Origin: a virus
Taxonomy: Duplodnaviria; Heunggongvirae; Uroviricota; Caudoviricetes
Strand: one strand, 5' to 3'
Virus record (IMG/VR): IMGVR_UViG_2667527792_000003
Span: 1-6,269 of that record
DNA length: 6,269 nucleotides
How positions within the stretch are numbered: the first letter of the stretch is position 1; every line of letters starts with the position of its first letter. The position numbers and the translations under genes were made by a program. The notes under the pieces are model-generated. The model did not search any database. It was not told the origin of the DNA and saw only the letters and a list, made by a program, of their open reading frames with translations. This document shows positions 1 to 4,717 of the stretch, piece by piece.

Positions 1-837
1 AGGGTTTGCGACGTTCATGCGCGCACCACCTTCAACCAGTGCAGCGAAGTCCACCGCACCGTTTTCCATCGGCAACTGTTCGCTGGCAGCCTTGATGGCA
101 TCCTGCATTTCATAAAAACGTGCAGTGCGGTTGCCATTATCGTCACGCAGACCATTGACCTGCTTTGCCACACCTTTCATGGCATCTTCCATGCTGGTAT
201 AGCTTTTTACTGCCGCCATCACTGGCGCACCCATTGCCAGCCCTGCAGCCGTGGTGGTGGCTCCGGCACCTGCAATACGATCACGCACCTCCAGCGAACG
301 GGCATAACTGGCACGCGCTGCATTCATCCTGCGCTGAGCTTCCCCCAGTCGCTTCAGCCGCGCCTCCTGTTTCGAAAGTTCCTGGTTATAACGTGATGTT
401 TCACGGGCTAAACGGGCAGTTGCTCCCGCATCGTCTTTCGCAGAAATTCCCGCCCGGTACAGTTCAGCACGCACAAGCGCCGTCTGCTGCTGCAGCTTTT
501 TCTGGCGTTCTTCCAGGCGCTGAACAGCCAGCCGTTGACGGCCCAGAGCAACAACCTGACGTTGCGAAGGCGGCCCCATCGCTCCCAGTTCCTGACTGAG
601 CAAATTTGCACGCTGGCGGGCATAGTTCAGCCTGTCGCCTAATTTCTGATTTTCTGCCTGCAGCTTTCGGAAGCTGTCCAGACTGCTCCCGGCCTGATCA
701 AGCTGCTTTATTGCATCGCGGGATTTTTTGACAGCAGCAGCCAGTTCTCTTGAACTGGCCTGCGCAGATCGAAATGGGCGGGTGAGCTTGTCAACCGCAT
801 TAAGAATGACCTGCAGACGCAGGTTGTTATCACTCAT
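1..837 (-). CDS. T: Phage tail tape measure protein (P2 gpT-like), N-terminal 279 codons; gene continues past window start
   Basis: ATG at 837-835 (minus) preceded by GGGG about 8 nt upstream. I translated the frame by hand from 837 to 1 and found no stops (MSDNNLRLQVILNAVDKLTRPFRSAQASSRELAAAVKKSRDAIKQLDQAGS...GAVDFAALVEGGARMNVANP). The Q/R/A/L-rich, coiled-coil-like composition is typical of tape measure proteins. It sits immediately downstream of E/E' with the E' stop overlapping its start, as in the P2 FI-FII-E-E'-T order. Not in the ORF track because it runs off the window. Confidence 0.8.
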   Translation of the reverse strand, partial: MSDNNLRLQVILNAVDKLTRPFRSAQASSRELAAAVKKSRDAIKQLDQAGSSLDSFRKLQAENQKLGDRLNYARQRANLLSQELGAMGPPSQRQVVALGRQRLAVQRLEERQKKLQQQTALVRAELYRAGISAKDDAGATARLARETSRYNQELSKQEARLKRLGEAQRRMNAARASYARSLEVRDRIAGAGATTTAAGLAMGAPVMAAVKSYTSMEDAMKGVAKQVNGLRDDNGNRTARFYEMQDAIKAASEQLPMENGAVDFAALVEGGARMNVANP

Positions 838-1266
838 CGTTGGCCCCGCTTCTCTGAATCGCTTTATACCGCCATTCCAGCACTTCGGTCAGCGGCATAA
901 CGTCAGTAACGGATGGCGGCCAGTGAAAAATGGTGGCGATATCTGCCACCAGATCGTCAACCGTCAGGCTGTCGGTAAACCGGCAAGCACCGACTTCTTC
1001 AACAAAAAAGTGACAACCTCAACCGACATGGCAGTGAGATCTGCCGGGTCCATCTCTGCAATTTCCTGTGCAGTCAGTGCCGGACTGGAGATGCGGGGGA
1101 TCACGGTCATCATCGCGTTTACATCCATATCCATAATGGCCTGCAGGCGTGTACCGCGTAGCGCACCGGACTGCGGTTTACGCAGCACAATTTCGGTGAT
1201 TTCTGTTTTACCGCGCTTGATGGGGGTATCCAGTTGAATGGTCTTTTCAGTCTGCTTATCGCTCAT
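830..1266 (-). CDS. Tail assembly chaperone E+E' fusion, made by programmed -1 ribosomal frameshift at 1003-1009; about 142 aa
   Basis: Slippery heptamer T TTT TTG on the minus strand (plus 1003-1009, CAAAAAA) in X XXY YYZ phase with the E frame. I translated the -1 frame by hand: FFVEEVGACRFTDSLTVDDLVADIATIFHWPPSVTDVMPLTEVLEWRYKAIQRSGANDE, open for 56 codons to a TGA at 832-830 that overlaps the T start codon. The combined length of about 142 aa is the length I recall for P2 E+E'. Confidence 0.7.
964..1266 (-). CDS. E: Tail assembly chaperone gpE (lambda G analogue), 100 aa, zero-frame product
   Basis: ORF track 964..1266 minus; ATG at 1266-1264; AGGA about 8 nt upstream; positioned between the tail tube gene and the tape measure gene; contains the slippery heptamer near its 3' end. 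Confidence 0.8.
   Translation of the reverse strand: MSDKQTEKTIQLDTPIKRGKTEITEIVLRKPQSGALRGTRLQAIMDMDVNAMMTVIPRISSPALTAQEIAEMDPADLTAMSVEVVTFLLKKSVLAGLPTA
1003..1009 (-). other. Programmed -1 frameshift slippery site (TTTTTTG)
   Basis: Heptamer read directly from the sequence; the zero frame reads ACT TTT TTG and the -1 frame reads TTT TTT GTT. Confidence 0.7.
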
Positions 1267-1291
1267 TTTGCTGTCCTGTCAATTGGGTTCT

Positions 1292-1309
1292 GGCGCGGTA
1301 TCCCGCGCC
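1292..1309 (-). other. GC-rich stem-loop (GGCGCGG-TATC-CCGCGCC) in the FII-E intergenic spacer
   Basis: Perfect 7-bp inverted repeat with a 4-nt loop, about 12 nt downstream of the FII stop and upstream of the E ribosome-binding site. No U-tract follows on the transcribed (minus) strand, so it is not a canonical intrinsic terminator. Confidence 0.45.
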
Positions 1310-1320
1310 GTTCAGATATA

Positions 1321-1836
1321 TCAGAGGCCGAGGGCGTTGCGGTGCGCTTCCATCAGGTCCACACCGTCCACAATTTCCACCATGTTGATAAGGTCCACTT
1401 CATAGAGCACCTCACCATTGATGGTCAGCTTCGCGTAGCTGTTGGTACTGGTCACTTTGGTGGTGTTGCTTTCGCCCGTCTTCCACTCGCCGGAATCCAC
1501 TTCTTTGTGACGTCCACGCACGACAAGCTCCACGGCCTGCACTTCCCCGGTATCGTCACGCTGAATAGAGCCGGTAAAGCGCAGCTGGATGCCATCCACC
1601 GTGGCTTTACCCATCTGTTTAAACAGCAGCAATTCAGTACCACCAATGGAAAATTCTGTGTCCAGCGCACTGTCATCAAGCCCCAGATCCACATCCACCG
1701 CACCCGGCATTCCGCCGCCGCGATACTTCTCATATTTGCGGGTAAATTTCGGCAGCGTCAGCGACTCAACGATCCCCTGCCAGTTGTTCCCGTCGTTAAA
1801 CAGGTTCAGGTGTTTTAATTTGCGTGGTAATGCCAT
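1321..1836 (-). CDS. FII: Phage major tail tube protein (P2 FII-like), 171 aa
   Basis: ORF track 1321..1836 minus; protein begins MALPRKLKHLNLF..., as the P2 tail tube protein does; GGGGA ribosome-binding site 4 nt upstream of the ATG; 9-bp spacer to the FI stop, consistent with translational coupling. Confidence 0.9.
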   Translation of the reverse strand: MALPRKLKHLNLFNDGNNWQGIVESLTLPKFTRKYEKYRGGGMPGAVDVDLGLDDSALDTEFSIGGTELLLFKQMGKATVDGIQLRFTGSIQRDDTGEVQAVELVVRGRHKEVDSGEWKTGESNTTKVTSTNSYAKLTINGEVLYEVDLINMVEIVDGVDLMEAHRNALGL

Positions 1837-1845
1837 GTTGTCCCC

Positions 1846-3018
1846 TTACGCGCTGACCTGGCTGGCGAAATTCACCAGGTACTGATCGGTGATGCGCTGA
1901 CGCAGCATCAGGTTTTCAAGTGGCGGCACTGGCGTGTAGTCGTAGTCGATGGTGAGTTTTCCGGCTTTCAGCGTGTCTTTGTCGTTCACCGACTCATCCA
2001 GCCAGCAATCACCACCAATGAGATAGCCCTGACTGACCAGGCTGCGCATTTTGGCGCGGATACCTTCGATAATGTCGCGGGCCAGCGACGGGTTAAGCGG
2101 TTTATCCACCGCCCACATGTGTGCTTCTGCCATCGTGTCCATCAGCACCTGCGCCGTGCGGGTGTAGTTTTCGAAGGCAAAGAGCGGGTCATCACTCAGG
2201 CAGCGGGAACCCCAGAAGCGGAAACCGTCTTTACGCACAAGCGTGGTGACGTCGTTCTGGTTCAGCAGACCTGCATCGGTTGCCGGGTCCTGCAGATCCC
2301 AGAACACATCTGCAGAAATTCCGGTGACACCGTTCACGCCCACGTTGGACAGGCTTTTGTGCCATCCGGTCTGCTCGTCAATTTTGGCGCGCAGACCAAG
2401 CGCACGGGCGGTGGCATATGCCGTTGCTTCGGCATTCAGCACCGTGTCCCAGCCAGTAAAGTCAGGCCAGATCAGCATCCCTTCGCGCTGGCTGAAGTTT
2501 TCGCGGTAAGTGATCGCCTCCTGCACTGTCTTGCAGCCATACGCTGACAGGTAAGCAAATCCACGCAGGCTTTGCGCCACGCTCAGCAACTCAGTAGCTA
2601 CCGCCTTGGTGTCGTGGCCTGGCACGCCGAGAATGCGCGGTTTAACGCCGAGCTGTGACTGGGCAGATAACAGGGCTTTCATACCTGTTTTTTTACCTTC
2701 AGCAGTCACTGCGCCGATGATATTGGTCGTGGTTTCGTCTTCCGTTTCACCCTGCGGCACACGCACAACAATGGTCACGGGTTTTGCCTGGTCAGCGATG
2801 GCATCCAGCGAACGGGCCAGAGTACCTGACTCACCCGCTTTACCGCTGGCAGTCAGCACATCAGTGATCAGCACGGGTTTATTAAGAGGAAACATTTTTG
2901 CATCGGCATCATCGCCCGTGCAGACCATACCCACGATGGCGGTGCTCACCGTGGTAATAGATCGGGTGCCTTCGTTGACTTCAACAACGCGCACCCCGTG
3001 GTGGTAATCCTGAGCCAT
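1846..3018 (-). CDS. FI: Phage contractile tail sheath protein (P2 FI-like), 390 aa
   Basis: ORF track 1846..3018 minus; translation carries motifs I recognise from the P2 sheath family (…[10 protein letters not shown]…FWDLQ…DDPLF…[10 protein letters not shown]…[14 protein letters not shown]…); strong AGGAGG ribosome-binding site 9 nt upstream of the ATG. Confidence 0.92.
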   Translation of the reverse strand: MAQDYHHGVRVVEVNEGTRSITTVSTAIVGMVCTGDDADAKMFPLNKPVLITDVLTASGKAGESGTLARSLDAIADQAKPVTIVVRVPQGETEDETTTNIIGAVTAEGKKTGMKALLSAQSQLGVKPRILGVPGHDTKAVATELLSVAQSLRGFAYLSAYGCKTVQEAITYRENFSQREGMLIWPDFTGWDTVLNAEATAYATARALGLRAKIDEQTGWHKSLSNVGVNGVTGISADVFWDLQDPATDAGLLNQNDVTTLVRKDGFRFWGSRCLSDDPLFAFENYTRTAQVLMDTMAEAHMWAVDKPLNPSLARDIIEGIRAKMRSLVSQGYLIGGDCWLDESVNDKDTLKAGKLTIDYDYTPVPPLENLMLRQRITDQYLVNFASQVSA

Positions 3019-3039
3019 AGTGGCGAACCTCCTGATTGG

Positions 3040-3120
3040 ATTAGGCTTCGCCCTATGTTGAAGTGATTGTGCCTGACAAACAGCTAAGCGCAGTTGTGTC
3101 GTTATTCACACAAAATAACG
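3040..3120 (-). promoter_or_regulatory. Candidate P2-type late promoter (PF-like) for the FI-FII-E-T operon, with a TGT-N12-ACA activator dyad at 3095-3112
   Basis: 142-bp non-coding gap between the invertase stop and the FI start. It contains TGTgtcgttattcacACA (3095-3112), matching the TGT-N12-ACA dyad bound by Ogr/Delta-type zinc-finger activators at P2/P4 late promoters, centred about 85 bp upstream of the FI ATG. The dyad is embedded in a longer inverted repeat, CGTTATT-N7-AATAACG (3100-3120). I could not pick out a convincing -10 hexamer by eye. Confidence 0.35.
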
Positions 3121-3160
3121 GTATTTGTCTGCTTGCAGGGATAATCAACATAATGCTGAT

Positions 3161-3727
3161 TCAGGGGGATTCATTGATCTTATTTGCCGGAAATTTTCTA
3201 TAAATGGTAGAAACGCCTACATCAAAAATCAGTGCAATACGCTGTCTTGATTCTCCGGCCTCGAGTAAACGCCCAATCTGTGCCCACTGTTCGGTGGTCA
3301 ACTTAGGACGGCGTCCACCTACTCTGCCTTTGGCACGAGCTGCAGCCAGCCCTGCCCTGGTACGTTCAACTATCAGTTCGCGTTCCATTTCAGCCAGGGC
3401 ACCCATGACATGAAAAAAGAAACGACCCATTGGGGTACTGGTATCAATACTGTCAGTCAGGCTTCTGAAATTCACACCACGCTGGCGCAACTCTTCTATC
3501 AGCGTAACAAGATGCCGCATACTGCGCCCCAACCTGTCCAGCTTCCAGACAACCAGCGTGTCTCCTGCCGATAGTGTCCTGAGTAGTTTTTTCAGCCCCG
3601 GTCTGTCGGACTTAGTGCCACTGATTTTGTCCTCAAAAATCTGCTCACATCCCGCGCAGTTCAGTGCATTACGTTGCAAATCGGTGTTCTGGTCATTTGT
3701 TGACACGCGTACATAGCCAATAAGCAT
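3161..3727 (-). CDS. pin: Serine-recombinase DNA invertase (Pin/Gin/Hin/Cin family), 188 aa
   Basis: ORF track 3161..3733 minus. The protein has the resolvase/invertase catalytic N-terminus (MLIGYVRVSTNDQNTDLQRNAL, with the catalytic Ser in RVS) and a C-terminal helix-turn-helix. The true start is probably the second ATG at 3727, which has an AGGGGG ribosome-binding site with 6-nt spacing; the first ATG at 3733 abuts it. By recollection it is closest to e14 Pin and Mu Gin. Confidence 0.9.
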   Translation of the reverse strand: MLIGYVRVSTNDQNTDLQRNALNCAGCEQIFEDKISGTKSDRPGLKKLLRTLSAGDTLVVWKLDRLGRSMRHLVTLIEELRQRGVNFRSLTDSIDTSTPMGRFFFHVMGALAEMERELIVERTRAGLAAARAKGRVGGRRPKLTTEQWAQIGRLLEAGESRQRIALIFDVGVSTIYRKFPANKINESP

Positions 3728-3754
3728 GATCATCCCCCTGAATAAAAACCGGAG

Positions 3755-3979
3755 ATGATGCCAGTTAGCTGTTACCTCTGCATTTTCTTAAACGTTGGTT
3801 TAGGAGAAGGCTCTGCATTACCGGTTGGGGTGCCTGTTCCGTGGCCTTCAGCCACTCCGCCAACAGGCTGGCTGAAATGCAATGGTGCGGCTTTTTCTGC
3901 TGAAGAATACCCGGAACTGGCAAAGGCTTACCCGACCAATAAATTGCCTGATTTACGTGGTCACCTGCATTCTGGTTAA
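3755..3979 (+). CDS. Tail-fibre C-terminal variable-domain cassette, silent orientation, fragment; family homology covers only about 3809-3961
   Basis: Translation ...PVGVPVPWPSATPPTGWLKCNGAAFSAEEYPELAKAYPTNKLPDLRG is the conserved start of tail-fibre variable C-termini (Mu S/S', P1 S, e14 Stf, lambda Stf families). It starts at the crossover site and reads away from the invertase, as a silent cassette does. Homology ends abruptly after LPDLRG at about 3961; the ORF's last 6 codons and stop come from the adjoining dcuS fragment. Confidence 0.75.
   Translation: MMPVSCYLCIFLNVGLGEGSALPVGVPVPWPSATPPTGWLKCNGAAFSAEEYPELAKAYPTNKLPDLRGHLHSG
3783..3808. other. Inversion crossover site (gix/cix/pix/hix-like 26-bp imperfect palindrome)
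   Basis: TTTTCTTAAACG-TT-GGTTTAGGAGAA: two 12-bp half-sites, 9 of 12 positions symmetric, around a 2-bp core. It matches the AAACC-NN-GGTTT-type core shared by the Din-family crossover sites, and lies exactly where the tail-fibre variable domain begins, 56 bp from the invertase start. Confidence 0.6.
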
Positions 3980-4205
3980 GGTACTGAAAAAAATCCTTTT
4001 CGGCCTGGAACCCTACGAAATCTCCACGCTGTTTGAGCAACGCCAGGCCATGTTGCAGTCTATCAAAGAAGGCGTCGTTGCCGTGGACGATCGCGGCGAG
4101 GTCACGCTGATCAACGATGCCGCACAAGAATTGCTGAATTACCGTAAGTCGCAGGACGATGAGAAACTGTCGACGCTAAGCCACTCATGGTCACAGGTGG
4201 TAGAC
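3962..4205 (+). pseudogene. dcuS: Internal fragment of the C4-dicarboxylate sensor histidine kinase gene dcuS (about 80 codons, no start or stop of its own)
   Basis: Translation TCILVKVLKKILFGLEPYEISTLFEQRQAMLQSIKEGVVAVDDRGEVTLINDAAQELLNYRKSQDDEKLSTLSHSWSQVVD matches, from memory, the segment after the second transmembrane helix and into the cytoplasmic PAS domain of E. coli DcuS. Homology starts and stops mid-codon-run with no flanking intergenic sequence. Confidence 0.7.
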
Positions 4206-4453
4206 ATCGCGCCAATCAGCGCATCCAGCAGAATATCGCCGGTCAGCGAGGCAAAGATCACCTGAACGCCGTTTGCCTGGGTGATCGGCGTTACGGCCTG
4301 CACAATCAACTCCAGCGCCAGCAAAATCAGCCCAAATATGGTCAACGCCCACTGCGCCGACGCCATGGTCTGCATCTCTAACTGCGACAAAATCACCCCG
4401 GGGATGCTGATGGCTTCCCTGCGCCTGAATATTCCGGTGATCTTTGTTTCCGG
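4206..4453 (-). pseudogene. 5' leader plus first 57 codons of an unidentified inner-membrane protein gene (fragment)
   Basis: Minus-strand translation [57 protein letters not shown], from ATG at 4375-4373, is hydrophobic and transmembrane-like. About 78 bp of upstream sequence is included. The frame is cut at about 4206 by the dcuS fragment. I do not recognise the gene. Confidence 0.4.
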
Positions 4454-4717
4454 CCCTGCACCTTTAGCGACCACTTTCGGTGCGCTCATTTTGTTTTCGT
4501 CATACTGCAACGCTACCGAATAGTGGGTCGGGTTATTGACAATGACATCCGCTTTCGGCACATCGGCCATCATCCGACGCCGTGCGGCAGCTCGCTGCAT
4601 CTGACGGATCCGTCCTTTAACATGGGGGTCGCCTTCGCTTTGTTTGAACTCATCACGAATATCCTGCCGCGACATTCGCAGCTTTTTCAGGTGGCTGAAG
4701 ATTTGGAAAAATACCTG
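4454..4717 (-). pseudogene. flhB: Internal fragment of the flagellar export-apparatus gene flhB (about 88 codons spanning the NPTH autocleavage motif)
   Basis: Minus-strand translation [87 protein letters not shown] matches the FlhB/YscU-family linker and cytoplasmic domain, including the conserved NPTH site. There is no native start or stop. The ORF-track start at 4720 is a GTG created by the junction. Confidence 0.8.

Noticed and set aside
165-599. Plus-strand ORF of 144 aa (also 728..1237 plus and 408..623 minus) overlapping the tape measure gene
   Set aside because: These are antisense or off-frame to the continuous tape measure frame; the translations are Pro/Ala/Leu/Trp-rich with no family resemblance. 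Shadow ORFs of a GC-rich coding region.
1234-1885. ORFs 1234..1818 plus, 1452..1733 minus and 1589..1885 plus overlapping the tail tube gene
   Set aside because: Antisense or alternative-frame to the well-supported FII CDS; translations are His/Arg/Pro-rich and low-complexity.
2119-3007. Plus-strand ORFs 2119..2547, 2243..2509 and 2606..3007 inside the tail sheath gene
   Set aside because: Antisense to FI, which has an unambiguous family match and a strong ribosome-binding site; no start context or homology.
3100-3120. Inverted repeat CGTTATT-N7-AATAACG as a possible intrinsic terminator for the invertase gene
   Set aside because: The stem is AT-rich and no U-tract follows on the minus-strand transcript. 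It overlaps the TGT-N12-ACA dyad and is better explained as an activator binding site for the FI late promoter.
3204-3413. Plus-strand ORF of 69 aa inside the invertase gene
   Set aside because: Antisense to a clearly conserved recombinase; Arg/Ser/Pro-rich shadow ORF.
3738-3763. AATAAAAACCGG near the invertase start as the crossover site
   Set aside because: Only one half-site resembles the consensus and there is no symmetric partner; the 3783-3808 palindrome is a much better match and coincides with the start of the tail-fibre variable domain.
3765-4127. Minus-strand ORF of 120 aa spanning the tail-fibre and dcuS fragments
   Set aside because: Antisense to two sense-strand fragments with clear homology; it crosses the 3961/3962 junction, so it cannot be a native gene.
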